DNA of 64,000 nt from positions 2,016,001 through 2,080,000 of the forward strand of contig OY760175.1 in assembly GCA_963663165.1 (NCBI GenBank). The letters run 5' to 3'. The DNA comes from an uncultured Desulfospira sp. Its GTDB lineage: Bacteria; Desulfobacterota; Desulfobacteria; Desulfobacterales; Desulfobacteraceae. The notes beneath the pieces are model-generated. The model ran no database searches. It saw nothing but the letters and a program-made list of their open reading frames with translations, and was not told the DNA's origin. A program made the translations under genes and the position numbers. Shown here one piece after another: positions 1-10,336 of the stretch; the stretch's first letter is position 1, and every line of letters starts with the position of its first letter.

Positions 1-1
1 C

Positions 2-319
2 AAACTCGGTATCTTCATCCCCCTGATCGTGGTTAACTGTATCGTTCTGGGCCGGGCCGAAGCCTTTGCCGGGAAAAACACCGTGCTGCCATCGGCGGCA
101 GACGGGCTTGGCATCGGCATAGGGTTTACCCTGTCCCTGGCGGCACTTGGCGCCGTAAGGGAATTTTTAGGCGCCGGCACCCTGACCATATGGGGCGGTA
201 ATCCGGTGGTAGACCTTGGGGCCAGTTTCATGCCCTTCCAGTTTATGATTGAGGCACCCGGCGCATTTGTCGGGCTTGGGCTGATGCTCTGCCTGATGAA
301 CCTGATCGGAAAAAAATAA
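2..319 (+). CDS. rnfE: Rnf electron transport complex subunit E (5' truncated by window edge)
   Basis: LGIFIPLIVVNCIVLGRAEAFA and GAVREFLGAGT motifs; lies immediately upstream of rnfA. Confidence 0.9.
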   Translation, partial: KLGIFIPLIVVNCIVLGRAEAFAGKNTVLPSAADGLGIGIGFTLSLAALGAVREFLGAGTLTIWGGNPVVDLGASFMPFQFMIEAPGAFVGLGLMLCLMNLIGKK

Positions 320-336
320 TTTAAGGAGAACCAAAT

Positions 337-912
337 ATGGGCGATCTATTTGTTCTGGCCATCAGCTGTATACTCATTAATAACATTCTCCTTTCCCAGT
401 TTTTGGGGAACTGTCCCTTTCTGGGAACATCCAAAAAAATGGAGACCGCTGTCGGTATGGCCATGGCGGTTGTCTTCGTACTGGTCATGGCCGGCATTAT
501 CACCTGGATAGTTGATGTCTATCTGCTCAAGGCCCTGGATGTTGAATATTTAAGAACCTTATCCTTTATCCTGGTTATTGCCTCTCTGGTACAATTTGTG
601 GAAATGTTCCTGAAAAAAAGCATGCCGGCCCTTTATGCGGGCCTGGGTATCTTTCTTCCGCTGATCACCACCAACTGTGCGGTTATGGGCGTCTGCCTGA
701 TTAATGTCAAAGAAGAATACACCTTTGTTGAGGCAACGGTTTCCTCTTTTGCCTATGCGGTGGGTTTCGGCCTTGCCCTGATCCTGTTTGCCGGGGTCCG
801 GGAACGGATCAATGTGGCAAGGGTTCCCAAGCCTTTACAGGATACTTCTATCGGGCTGGTCACTGCCGGAATCATAGCCTTGACCTTTATGTCCTTCAGA
901 GGAATGGTGTAG
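337..912 (+). CDS. rnfA: Rnf electron transport complex subunit A
   Basis: NNILLSQFLGNCPFLG and LGIFLPLITTNCAVMG motifs; hydrophobic 191 aa; RBS aggaga. Confidence 0.93.
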   Translation: MGDLFVLAISCILINNILLSQFLGNCPFLGTSKKMETAVGMAMAVVFVLVMAGIITWIVDVYLLKALDVEYLRTLSFILVIASLVQFVEMFLKKSMPALYAGLGIFLPLITTNCAVMGVCLINVKEEYTFVEATVSSFAYAVGFGLALILFAGVRERINVARVPKPLQDTSIGLVTAGIIALTFMSFRGMV

Positions 913-913
913 T

Positions 914-1076
914 CAGCTTTTAGCTATTAGCCGTTAGCTTTTAGCTTTTGAAATCATCATACTAACGGCCAATCTGAGATGGATTAAAAGGGTATCTGAA
1001 AAGGTACCCTTTTTTATTAGCTATTAGCTTTGAGGCGTTCAGGCAGCTAATGGCTAACTGCTAACAGCTAATAGCT
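914..1076. repeat. Heptamer tandem repeats (TAGCYNT units, then inverted NNGCTAA units)
   Basis: cagcttt-tagctat-tagccgt-tagcttt-tagcttt at 914-948; cagctaa-tggctaa-ctgctaa-cagctaa at 1044-1071. Confidence 0.85.
986..1016 (+). terminator. Rho-independent terminator after the rnf genes
   Basis: aaaagggtatc-tgaaaa-ggtaccctttttt hairpin with T tract. Confidence 0.7.
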
Positions 1077-1098
1077 TTAAAAAAAACATGGATACCAT

Positions 1099-2115
1099 TT
1101 GAAAAAAGCCTTTAAAGGGATGGCCCTGGTGCTGGGGATCGGTCTGATAATTTCCCTGTCCGGAGCCGCATTTGGCATTTACTGGGTTTCAAAATCCGTA
1201 TCCGTGCCGCTGAACCCCCAGGCGGAACGGGTGATGTTCAGGATCGATCCCGGCACAGGTCTCAATGCCGTGGCGGACCAGCTTCAGGCAAAGGGGCTGA
1301 TTGCCCACGCCCTTGGCCTGAAACTCTATGCCCGGTATCAGAAAACGGCCTGCCGGATAAAGGCCGGCGAGTATCTGATTTCAGCGGCCATGCCGCCGGC
1401 GGTAATATTGCAGATCTTCATTGAGGGCAAAGAAAGGCTCTTGCGGGTGACCATTCCCGAAGGCTTCAATATGGACCAGATTGCCCAACGGGTGGCGGCC
1501 AGAGGCTGGTGCAGTAAAGAAACGTTTCTGACACTCTGCCGTGACATGGACTTTATCCATACCCTGAATGTTCCTTCCCATACCCTGGAAGGATTTTTAT
1601 TTCCCGAAACCTATTTTTTCCCGCCCCATGCCGACTGCCGCCAGATTATCCAGAAAATGGTCGACACCTTTTACACGGTGTTTACCCCGGCCTGGCAGGA
1701 ACAGACAAGACTGATGGGGTTTTCCCTTCAGGAAATCGTTACCCTGGCCTCCATGATCGAAAAAGAAACCGGCGACCCTGGTGAGCGTCCCATGATTTCA
1801 TCGGTATTCCATAACCGGCTGAAAAAGCGGATGCGCCTTGAAAGTGACCCCACAGTGGTTTACGGGGATACGGAATTCACCGGCCGGATCCGGACCCGGC
1901 ACCTGAAACGATTCACCCCTTACAACACCTACCAGATCCCGGGGCTTCCCAAAGGTCCCATTGCCAGCCCCGGCACCAAATCCCTTGAAGCCGCCCTTTA
2001 CCCTGAAAAAAGTAATTTCCTGTTTTTTGTTTCTAAAAACGACGGCACCCACCAGTTTTCCAGGACCCTGGCCCAGCATAACAAGGCGGTCAGAACCTAT
2101 CAGCTCAATCGGTAA
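1099..2115 (+). CDS. mltG: Endolytic transglycosylase MltG (YceG family)
   Basis: N-terminal TM helix; VTIPEG, LEGFLFPETY, LASMIEKET, SDPTV, YNTY and GLPKGPIASPG motifs. Confidence 0.95.
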   Translation: MKKAFKGMALVLGIGLIISLSGAAFGIYWVSKSVSVPLNPQAERVMFRIDPGTGLNAVADQLQAKGLIAHALGLKLYARYQKTACRIKAGEYLISAAMPPAVILQIFIEGKERLLRVTIPEGFNMDQIAQRVAARGWCSKETFLTLCRDMDFIHTLNVPSHTLEGFLFPETYFFPPHADCRQIIQKMVDTFYTVFTPAWQEQTRLMGFSLQEIVTLASMIEKETGDPGERPMISSVFHNRLKKRMRLESDPTVVYGDTEFTGRIRTRHLKRFTPYNTYQIPGLPKGPIASPGTKSLEAALYPEKSNFLFFVSKNDGTHQFSRTLAQHNKAVRTYQLNR

Positions 2116-2701
2116 ACTGTTTGAGATAAACGATCAAGGCCCCGCTTTTGGTTTTTTTCTTTTGTTCCCACTGATAGCTCAACACCACATCCTGTTTTTT
2201 TAATTCTTTGAGCAGGTCCTGGATCACGTCGGGCAGAACAGGGCCAAGGTCCGAGTGAAGCCCCCTGCCCACAATAATTCTAACGGTAAAAAATCCCTGG
2301 TGCTTGCAGGACAGGATAAAGGATTTTGCCCTGAGCTGGGCCCCGAGGGCCGTGAACCCGTGAAGGTCCAGCTCCTTTTCAGGGCCGGGATACCGTTTGA
2401 GTTTTTTATGCAGGGAAACCGGCTTACGGACAGGCTTGGACCTTGGGGCCGTTTGTTTAAAAGAGGCTTCCAGCAGGGTTTCAAAATCTTCCTTAACCTC
2501 ATCTTCCCCATCACCGGTAAAGACCTCTGGCAAATCCCGGATCACCGGCAGGCCGTGCCGGTTTAAGTCAGGACCGGGAGCCGGGGGGGGATCTTCAGGG
2601 CCATGGGCTCTTTTTTTACGGCTGAATGCCTTGAGAAAATCATGATCCGACTCAAGCACCGGCAGCTTATTTTTATTCTTTTTTTTCCCCTGTTTTCCCA
2701 T
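2105..2701 (-). CDS. Smr/MutS2 C-terminal domain protein
   Basis: ELDLHG...IIVGRGLHS...GALIVYL Smr motifs. Confidence 0.88.
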   Translation of the reverse strand: MGKQGKKKNKNKLPVLESDHDFLKAFSRKKRAHGPEDPPPAPGPDLNRHGLPVIRDLPEVFTGDGEDEVKEDFETLLEASFKQTAPRSKPVRKPVSLHKKLKRYPGPEKELDLHGFTALGAQLRAKSFILSCKHQGFFTVRIIVGRGLHSDLGPVLPDVIQDLLKELKKQDVVLSYQWEQKKKTKSGALIVYLKQFTD

Positions 2702-2908
2702 GGGGCTATTTTATGTCAGGGTTCCTTTTTTTTCAAGGAGAGGAAAACCCGGGAAACCGGAGACGGGAGAAAAAGAAGCCGCAGACCGGATGCGAAACCC
2801 CTGATGATCAGCGATCCGGTTTTCGGCTTTCTGTCTGGTGTCTTCTGACTCCTGTTTCTTGTCTCTTGTCTCTTGAATTTGTCCCCCCTTCCTGTTATGG
2901 TCTCCCCC

Positions 2909-4888
2909 ATGGAAATTGGCGCTATTGTAGAATATATTGAACAGCAAAAAATCATTTCAGCGGTAATACTGGCCTGCCAAAAAGGCAAGCTTCGGTTACT
3001 CAATGAAAACAGCCGGGAAGTCAATTTTTCAGAAAACAGACTCTCCCATATTGCTCCCTTGCGCCTGGACTTAGACCAGCCCAGAACCACCCTGGTCAGC
3101 CTGCTTAAAGAAACCACGGAAAACCGCAAAAAACTGTCGGAAAGCATTGATATCAAAGAGCTGTGGGAAATCCTCCATGATGAGGACGGCGAGATTGACA
3201 TTTCCGCCATGACCCTGTTCTGTTTTGATCCGCCCCTGACGCCTGACCATGAGGCCGCCGTTATCCGGGCATTTTTCAACGACAGGCTCTACTTCCGGTT
3301 TAATAAACTTATCTTTGCGCCCTATACGCCGGACCAGGTCAAAGCCCGGAAAAGACAGATTATAGAAACCGAAAAAAAAGAGCGCCTGATCCAGGAGGGC
3401 ATCCAGTGGCTGACCAGTATTATCCGGCCCGGCAAGGAGGTGGTCCCCCCCCCTGCAGATGTCTTAAAGGTTCTCAAATCCTATTATCTGTTCGGCAATG
3501 ACTCGCCCGGGGCAGCCATGGCCCGGCAGATGCTCAAAAAATCCGGCCTGACCACCCCGGATCCGTTGTTCAACTATTTTGTCAAAGCCGGCATCTGGGA
3601 TAAGGATGAGAACATAGATCTGCTCACCCTGAGGATCCCTACCCAGTTTTCAGACCAGGTCCTGGAAAAAGCCCAAACGCTGATCAAGACCCATTCCCTG
3701 GTCTACAAGGATCCCTGCCGGACAGACTTGACCCACCTGCCCTTGATCACCATCGACGGCCAGTCCACCCTGGATTATGACGATGCCTTAAGCCTTGAAA
3801 CCACTGAACAGGGGTACCGGCTCGGGATCCATATCATTGATGTGGGGGCCTATATCAAAACAAGCGATCCCATTGACCTGGCGGCAAGGGAAAGGGCCAG
3901 TTCCATCTACATGCCCGATGACAAGCTGCCCATGATCCCCCCTTCCCTGTCCGAGGACCTGTGCAGCCTCAAGCAGGATGAAATCCGGCCCGGGGTATCC
4001 ACCCTGGTCCAGATGAACCGGTTCTTTGAGGTCCTGGACTATAAGATTGTTCCCAGTATCATCAAGGTCCATCAGCAGATGAGCTACACTGAAGCCAACC
4101 AGCTCAACGGAAAGAATGACCCCATCACCACCCTTTATAAGATAGCCACCCTGCTCAGGGAGAAACGGCTCAAGGCCGGGGCGGTCCAGATTACCCTGCC
4201 CGAAGTCAACGTATGGCTGGAGGAAAACCGGGAAATCCGGTATGCCAAGATCGACCGGGAAAACCCGGCAAGAATGCTGGTATCTGAAATGATGATCTTT
4301 GCCAACTCCCTGATGGCGGGATTTCTGGCCGAAAACGAGATACCGGCCGTGTTCAGGTCCCAGGCGGCACCCAAGCAGCGGCTGTTCAGCGGCATTGAAA
4401 CCCAGCTGCTTCCCAATTTCATGCAGCGCAAACATTTAAGCCGGGCCATTATCGGCACCTTCCCCGAACCCCATTCAGGCCTTGGGGTCAGCGCCTATGT
4501 CACGGCCACCTCCCCCATCCGCCGGTACCATGACCTGCTCACCCAGCGCCAGATCAAGGCGGTCTTAGGCTTTGGAAAGGCCTATTCCCGGCAGGAATTA
4601 GATGAGATTTTACAGGCCGTGTCCATTCCCATGGCCAATGCGGGCAGGGTCCAGGGAGCCAGAAAAAAATACTGGCTGATCAAGTATCTGGAAGCCATGC
4701 GGGGCCAGAATTTTGAAGCCCTGGTCCTGGAGTGCCACAGGGATTATTATAATATCCTGATCAAGGAATTCATGCTTGAAACCCGGATGTCCGTTTCCGG
4801 ATACAAGTTCAAACACGGGGACGCCATCCAGGTCACCATTCAGCATGCGGACGCCCGGCGTAATCAGCTCTCCATTTTCCCGGCCTGA
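2909..4888 (+). CDS. RNB-domain exoribonuclease (RNase II/R family)
   Basis: TIDGQSTLDYDDALS, VSEMMIFAN and ATSPIRRYHDLLTQRQ motifs; ATG at 2909 chosen as start. Confidence 0.92.
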   Translation: MEIGAIVEYIEQQKIISAVILACQKGKLRLLNENSREVNFSENRLSHIAPLRLDLDQPRTTLVSLLKETTENRKKLSESIDIKELWEILHDEDGEIDISAMTLFCFDPPLTPDHEAAVIRAFFNDRLYFRFNKLIFAPYTPDQVKARKRQIIETEKKERLIQEGIQWLTSIIRPGKEVVPPPADVLKVLKSYYLFGNDSPGAAMARQMLKKSGLTTPDPLFNYFVKAGIWDKDENIDLLTLRIPTQFSDQVLEKAQTLIKTHSLVYKDPCRTDLTHLPLITIDGQSTLDYDDALSLETTEQGYRLGIHIIDVGAYIKTSDPIDLAARERASSIYMPDDKLPMIPPSLSEDLCSLKQDEIRPGVSTLVQMNRFFEVLDYKIVPSIIKVHQQMSYTEANQLNGKNDPITTLYKIATLLREKRLKAGAVQITLPEVNVWLEENREIRYAKIDRENPARMLVSEMMIFANSLMAGFLAENEIPAVFRSQAAPKQRLFSGIETQLLPNFMQRKHLSRAIIGTFPEPHSGLGVSAYVTATSPIRRYHDLLTQRQIKAVLGFGKAYSRQELDEILQAVSIPMANAGRVQGARKKYWLIKYLEAMRGQNFEALVLECHRDYYNILIKEFMLETRMSVSGYKFKHGDAIQVTIQHADARRNQLSIFPA

Positions 4889-4945
4889 TATCACTAAGAA
4901 TTTGCCATGGGCAAGGTGTCAGGACAATCGCATGTAAAACATATG

Positions 4946-5032
4946 GAGACCGGAAACCGGAAAAAGGGGGACCGGAATGCGCCCCCCTAAGGATGCGTGA
5001 TCCGGTCTCCCGTCTCCCTTCCTCCGGTCTCC
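4946..5032. repeat. Inverted heptamer-type repeat cluster (GGAGACC/GGAAACC ... GGTCTCC)
   Basis: ggagaccggaaaccgg...ccggtctcccgtctccc...ccggtctcc; similar units near 2745-2770, 11815-11840 and 23848-23914. Confidence 0.65.
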
Positions 5033-5170
5033 TTCTTTACATACTCACATATAAGACAGTCGGCAGATTACATGAGATTACCCTGGGCAAAGTGTTCATA
5101 AATCTTGTCTTTTCCGGCTCCCTTATGATAGTATTTTTATCTTTATGACAGCGCAAAGGAGATTGAATGC

Positions 5171-7048
5171 ATGGGGCATTTACAGGAATTTGAACTGGCA
5201 CTGCATCAGATCAGTGAGTTCCCTTTAACATACGAAACCATTATCCCGGAAGAATGCCACCTGTTTCAGGATGTCCGGCGGTACCAGACCCGGACCGCCC
5301 GGCTGAACGTCCAGATGATCAATATCGACGGCCGGATCACCCTGGATTCTGAAATGATCCACGTGCCCATGGCCAAGCTGACATCAGCGGAAAAAAAAGA
5401 CTTTACCGAATACCTTAAATTAAGAATCACCAGGGGCGACAATATCGGCTCCACATGGGCCTTTTTCAGGCCGGCCGGCAAACAGAGTTCCCAAAAAGCC
5501 CTGACCGCCTTCGGGGCCAATATTGTCCACAGGGATGCGGCCCAGGGGCAGGACCGGGCCAGGCAGTTGCTATCAGCCCTTCAGAAAAGCACCACCATGG
5601 CCTTGCTCACAAAACAGTACCTGAAAGTCTTGCTTTTTGCCGCATTGATCGCAGCCCTTTTGTTTGGGGGATTCAAGTATGGGTACCTGGCCAAAAGGCT
5701 GCCCTTTTCCAATTTCTCTTCCAATACCCACCCCAGGGAAATGGCATTTTACCAACACCTGTTTCCCCATGTGTATGACTGGCGCAATGGCGATGACCCG
5801 GCCTTGAAAAAAATTGCCAAAGATCTGCTCAAACCCGAGTTTATTACCGATCTGTTATCCTCCATGGACCAAAGCTTTCATTATTCCATCCATACCGAAG
5901 ACCGGAACCCGGGAGACCGGCTGGTCATGTTTATTTATTTTAATTACAACCATGAGGTAAAAAAGGCCCTTGATAAATACTCGGAAAGCCTGGAAGGCAC
6001 CGAGTTAATGCGGCTTGCCCGGATCTATTCCTGCCGGCTGTCCGGCTATTTGAGCAATATTTTTTATTTCAAGGTCGGGGACCTGGACATCCAGAATGCG
6101 GAAATCAGTAATTTTTTGAAAAAAAATAAAATCTCATACCGGGACTATGAAAAACTCAGGGATACGGATTCCTTTTCCGATCTTCTGGAAAAGGACAACA
6201 TCAGTTTTAAGATGAAAAATTTTCTTGAGGATGTGTATACCTTTACCCCGTTGCGGATTAAGGCCCCGGTTGAGGGATTTGAGTGGTATCTGCTGACCCA
6301 GGCCGACCCCGGCGGCAACTTGGATTTTGCGGCATTTTTCCAAAACGACCGGGCCACCCTGGTGCCCAGAAGAATAGGAGATGCACTGCTCAACGGCTCA
6401 GCGGAAAATGATACTTTCTGGTATGCCGTATCAGATGCCCAGGCCCGGGAGTTAAACCTGGCCGAAAACAGCCTGATCTATTTTAGCAAAACAGCGGGAC
6501 AGGCCCTGAAGCTGGACCTGATCCAGGATAAAATTGCCGCCATGAATTTAAATGTCCTTCCCGCCCCTTTGCAGGTAACGGTCCACCGGGAACTTCTCAT
6601 GGAGGACAGCAAAGGCAAATACGGGATCCAGTGTTATGACCCGGTAACCAGCCTGGTCCTGTCCAACCTGATCACCAAATCCTCTTTTGAATATGACAAT
6701 ATCTCCTTAAAACGGGACCCCATCCAGGTGAACACCACCCTGGTTCAGCTGTCCAAGGATGACGGATTTTCCACCCAGTCCGTTACCATTACCCCTGGCA
6801 AAACCGGTATTATCAACCTGTTCAGGGACCGGGACAACTTTGAAGCCCGGTTTCCGGACGGGTCCACGGTGCTGTTTGAACGGGCCGATGTCAACCTGTT
6901 TAACCCGTTTTCATTTATCGTGCGCAACGACAGCATTACCTTTAGTTTTAAACGGGATATCACCGATATAAAGATCACCTTAAGAGATGCGCACCTTAAG
7001 GTCGTCACTGCCAGTGACGGAAACCTTCAGATCCTTCGAACCAATTAA
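5171..7048 (+). CDS. Hypothetical single-pass membrane protein (SrfA-like architecture, inferred)
   Basis: 625-aa ORF with RBS aaggag; one hydrophobic helix (LKVLLFAALIAALLFGGF) near aa 150-168; long beta-rich C-terminal part. Confidence 0.8.
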   Translation: MGHLQEFELALHQISEFPLTYETIIPEECHLFQDVRRYQTRTARLNVQMINIDGRITLDSEMIHVPMAKLTSAEKKDFTEYLKLRITRGDNIGSTWAFFRPAGKQSSQKALTAFGANIVHRDAAQGQDRARQLLSALQKSTTMALLTKQYLKVLLFAALIAALLFGGFKYGYLAKRLPFSNFSSNTHPREMAFYQHLFPHVYDWRNGDDPALKKIAKDLLKPEFITDLLSSMDQSFHYSIHTEDRNPGDRLVMFIYFNYNHEVKKALDKYSESLEGTELMRLARIYSCRLSGYLSNIFYFKVGDLDIQNAEISNFLKKNKISYRDYEKLRDTDSFSDLLEKDNISFKMKNFLEDVYTFTPLRIKAPVEGFEWYLLTQADPGGNLDFAAFFQNDRATLVPRRIGDALLNGSAENDTFWYAVSDAQARELNLAENSLIYFSKTAGQALKLDLIQDKIAAMNLNVLPAPLQVTVHRELLMEDSKGKYGIQCYDPVTSLVLSNLITKSSFEYDNISLKRDPIQVNTTLVQLSKDDGFSTQSVTITPGKTGIINLFRDRDNFEARFPDGSTVLFERADVNLFNPFSFIVRNDSITFSFKRDITDIKITLRDAHLKVVTASDGNLQILRTN

Positions 7049-7085
7049 AAGGAAGGGCCGCCAAAGGCCGAAAGTTTGACCCCAT

Positions 7086-8567
7086 ATGAATATCAGTCCA
7101 GAACGCATCACTGCCTTAACCCAGGAAGTAGAGTCCATTATTCGGCAGATCAACCTTTTGCCGGCGGCAAGCACCAAGATCACCGGGCAGATCCTTGACC
7201 GGTGCCGGGACTGCCTTGAACAGGCACCGGCCACCGATACCCCGGTCTATATCCATATCACCGGCACGGATAAATCCTTTAAAACCAGTTACCTGCTGGA
7301 CCTGTTTGACCATGAGGTGTTACGGGGCCTGTTTTCGGTTAAAGTGAGGACCACATCGGAAAACACGGCGGTTCCCTGCATGATCAAACCGGTTGACGGG
7401 ATCAGCAGCGTAATGGTCAGCCAGGTGTCCATCAGCACGGGCCGGACCATAAGGAACAACCTGACCCAGGAGCAGTTCAACCGACTTTATGACCTGGCGT
7501 CAGGGGCCCAGCCCGACGATTATCTCATTGTCATTGAGGTGCCGGCCCATGAGACGCCCATGGAACTTGCCGCCATTGAATACCCGGGAATCAAACAGGG
7601 CGCCGATTCCATGGAAGCCCAGAAACTGCTTCATAAAAAATTTGAAGAAAACATGATGACCTGCCTGGTCAAGTACCCGGGGATCCTGGTGGCCTGTTTC
7701 CAGCATAAGGTGGCCATTCCCAAGGGCCACCCCATGGACGCCATCCTTAAAAAATACGGACAGACTTTGAAAACCTCGGCCTCCCACCACAAGCTGCCCC
7801 TGGTCCTGTCCCTCCAGGGGGAAACCGCCGTGGCCAGCTATTGCGGGAATACCAACGTGGTAAAGGACATTCAGAGCGATTTTAAAAGCTTTACCGACTT
7901 TGATTCCATGATCCAGCTGATCAACCCCTGCCACCAGGAATACCCGGCCAGCTTTATCCCGCCCGGCCCCCATGTGGATGAATGGATTGAATCCCTGTCC
8001 CGGTACAAAACCTTAAATGAAATCAAAGAACAGATCCGGTTAGACGGCGGTATTGCCTGGTCCAGGCAGCTGCTCAAGGAGCTTTGCACCACCTCCTATA
8101 TCAAGGAAGCCTTGAACAACATCTTTTTCAAACCCTGGATTATAGAAACTCAAAATCTGGTGGAAGAAGCTGCCAATTGCCTTCACGAAGCCACCAACTA
8201 TGATGAATCCGCCGAAATCAAAGAACGGATGAGACAGGTGATTCTCGATGACGAGTATTTAACGTTGCGCCGGATCTTTGACGAGGAACTAAGCTATACC
8301 CATGAGAACACCATAGACGACCATCAAGGGTTCTGGACAGGGGTTTTTTCAAACTATCTGGACCAGTTTTTCCGGGATACCGACCGGAGCAAAGCCATTG
8401 CCGGCATCATGTGGGACAATATCTTAAAACGGATTGACCCGGAGCAAAAAGGGTTTTTCGGAGCCCGGGAAAAGGATTTGCCCTATATCATTATGAACAT
8501 GGCCGAATTCTATGTTCCCAACGCCCTGATGAGGGGAGACTATCTTCTCATGGAAAAAGATCTTTAA
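7086..8567 (+). CDS. Hypothetical protein with degenerate dynamin-like GTPase motifs (SrfC-like, inferred)
   Basis: HITGTDKSFKTSYLL (G1-like), ENTAVP (G2-like), AIEYPG (G3-like DxPG); helical C-terminal region. Confidence 0.65.
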   Translation: MNISPERITALTQEVESIIRQINLLPAASTKITGQILDRCRDCLEQAPATDTPVYIHITGTDKSFKTSYLLDLFDHEVLRGLFSVKVRTTSENTAVPCMIKPVDGISSVMVSQVSISTGRTIRNNLTQEQFNRLYDLASGAQPDDYLIVIEVPAHETPMELAAIEYPGIKQGADSMEAQKLLHKKFEENMMTCLVKYPGILVACFQHKVAIPKGHPMDAILKKYGQTLKTSASHHKLPLVLSLQGETAVASYCGNTNVVKDIQSDFKSFTDFDSMIQLINPCHQEYPASFIPPGPHVDEWIESLSRYKTLNEIKEQIRLDGGIAWSRQLLKELCTTSYIKEALNNIFFKPWIIETQNLVEEAANCLHEATNYDESAEIKERMRQVILDDEYLTLRRIFDEELSYTHENTIDDHQGFWTGVFSNYLDQFFRDTDRSKAIAGIMWDNILKRIDPEQKGFFGAREKDLPYIIMNMAEFYVPNALMRGDYLLMEKDL

Positions 8568-8578
8568 GGAGAAAGACC

Positions 8579-10330
8579 ATGCTGTTTGATTTTTTCAAAC
8601 GGAAAAAAACACCGGTGGATGAATTCCAGCTTGCCCTGGAAGATGATGATAAACTTTACTATGAAACCATTGCCGGAAGAACCCCGAGAGACCCCAATAA
8701 CAAAGAAGAGTATATCCTTTTTATCGATTTTGGTTCCTATAGAACGTCGGTCCTGTGCTGGCCGTGCAGTTTCGGCCGGGATAAAATCACCGATTCCTGG
8801 AAGTACGTGGTCCACTTTGACGGTGATGACCAGGGGGGATTCCCTTCCGCCTTTATCAACCCCCCGTCAGGGGACGAACGGGACTTTGCCTTTGTCTCCA
8901 GTGTGGAAGAGGCCAACATCAGCCCAAGCCAGGTGGTTAGAAGCGCCAAATACGCCTTTGCCAGTAAATTTGCCGCATACAAAGGGGACGTCCCCCAGTT
9001 CAAGCTGTACATTAAAAAAATTCTGGAACACAGTTTCAAATATGTGACAGAGCCTAAAGAAGACCGGCCCTGGAACGGCCCCGCCATCCCCATTATCACC
9101 GAAGTCAGGGTAACGGTGCCGGACCTTTTTATTGAAAACCTGCGGGCCGGGTACCGGGAAAATATCTTTGGCGTCTGCATGGAACTGGCCGGCCACGCCA
9201 AGTGGAAAAACATTTTTCCGTCCAACCTCCGGCATCTGAGAAAAACCTTTGTCAATATCTCCTCGGATGAAAGCGGGGCCTGCGAACTTTACTTTTTAAA
9301 CCTGATCAAACTCATGCCCTTCTGGGAGCTGTCCAGCTACAAGGACCGGCTGCCCGGTATTGACGAGGTTCACTTTTTGTTTTCCCAGGACCGCCACCGG
9401 AATCCGGATAAGGACCACTTGAATTTTGTGGTCTGCCACCTGGATATCGGGGGGCTGACCACAGATGTGAGCATGCTGCTGATTAAAAGCGTCTATGACC
9501 CGGTTCTGGGCATTACCACCACTTTGAAACGCAAAGAGTCCTTTTCCGAAAAAAAGGCCGGCGAGTATTTTGCTGAAAGCTTTGCCGCCGACAGGACCGC
9601 TGACAGCCCGGCCCACTGGTGGGATTCTCAGGACTTCATTGACACGGAATTTGCCAAATTCTTGGGCATGCTCACCGGCAAACAGGCCGTGCTGCTCAAA
9701 GAGTGGCACCGGGAAAGAAAGCTTAACGGCATTTACTTTCTGATCTCCGGCCGGCCCACCAAGGCCCCCCTGGTCCAGAAAGCCATCCGCCGGCATATCT
9801 TAAGGGAATTTAACCGGGAAGAATTGCTGTTACTGCCCGAGCACTGCCTGTTCATGGCCGACTACTATCATGTGGGCAAAAACGAAGAAGGGGAGCGGTA
9901 CGCCAAGAAGATAGAACATTTTGAAAAGCTGATCACCTTGCTGGGCAATGTCTACACCCTGTATGACGGGTATGACATTGACTTTGAAAACCACAAGTAT
10001 TTCATCTCCCTGGATGTGGATGCACGGACCAGCAACCAGATGGAGGTTTCTCCAGGCAAGATATACAACATGGAGACCTTTGAGACCTACAAAAAGGCGG
10101 CCCTTAAAAACAACGTCAATCACCTGGCCTTTACCCGGATCCTTGGCGGGGAACATACCACCCGGTTTTTGACGGTCAAGACCATTGCCCGGCAGACGGC
10201 GTTTCCGGCCATTAAAGTGGCCACGGCGGCGGACTATGATGACCAGGCATGGATTACGCCGTCTTTGATTATTACCAACCTGGATCAGAATGAGCAGGCA
10301 TTTGACCTGGCATGGGCCACCCTAACCTAG
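8579..10330 (+). CDS. Hsp70/actin-fold (ASKHA) protein, remote SrfB-like
   Basis: FIDFGSYRTSV (phosphate 1), VTVP, SDESGA, HLDIGGLTTDV (phosphate 2), ISGRPTKAP (adenosine motif); RBS aaggag. Confidence 0.75.
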   Translation: MLFDFFKRKKTPVDEFQLALEDDDKLYYETIAGRTPRDPNNKEEYILFIDFGSYRTSVLCWPCSFGRDKITDSWKYVVHFDGDDQGGFPSAFINPPSGDERDFAFVSSVEEANISPSQVVRSAKYAFASKFAAYKGDVPQFKLYIKKILEHSFKYVTEPKEDRPWNGPAIPIITEVRVTVPDLFIENLRAGYRENIFGVCMELAGHAKWKNIFPSNLRHLRKTFVNISSDESGACELYFLNLIKLMPFWELSSYKDRLPGIDEVHFLFSQDRHRNPDKDHLNFVVCHLDIGGLTTDVSMLLIKSVYDPVLGITTTLKRKESFSEKKAGEYFAESFAADRTADSPAHWWDSQDFIDTEFAKFLGMLTGKQAVLLKEWHRERKLNGIYFLISGRPTKAPLVQKAIRRHILREFNREELLLLPEHCLFMADYYHVGKNEEGERYAKKIEHFEKLITLLGNVYTLYDGYDIDFENHKYFISLDVDARTSNQMEVSPGKIYNMETFETYKKAALKNNVNHLAFTRILGGEHTTRFLTVKTIARQTAFPAIKVATAADYDDQAWITPSLIITNLDQNEQAFDLAWATLT

Positions 10331-10336
10331 TTTGAG

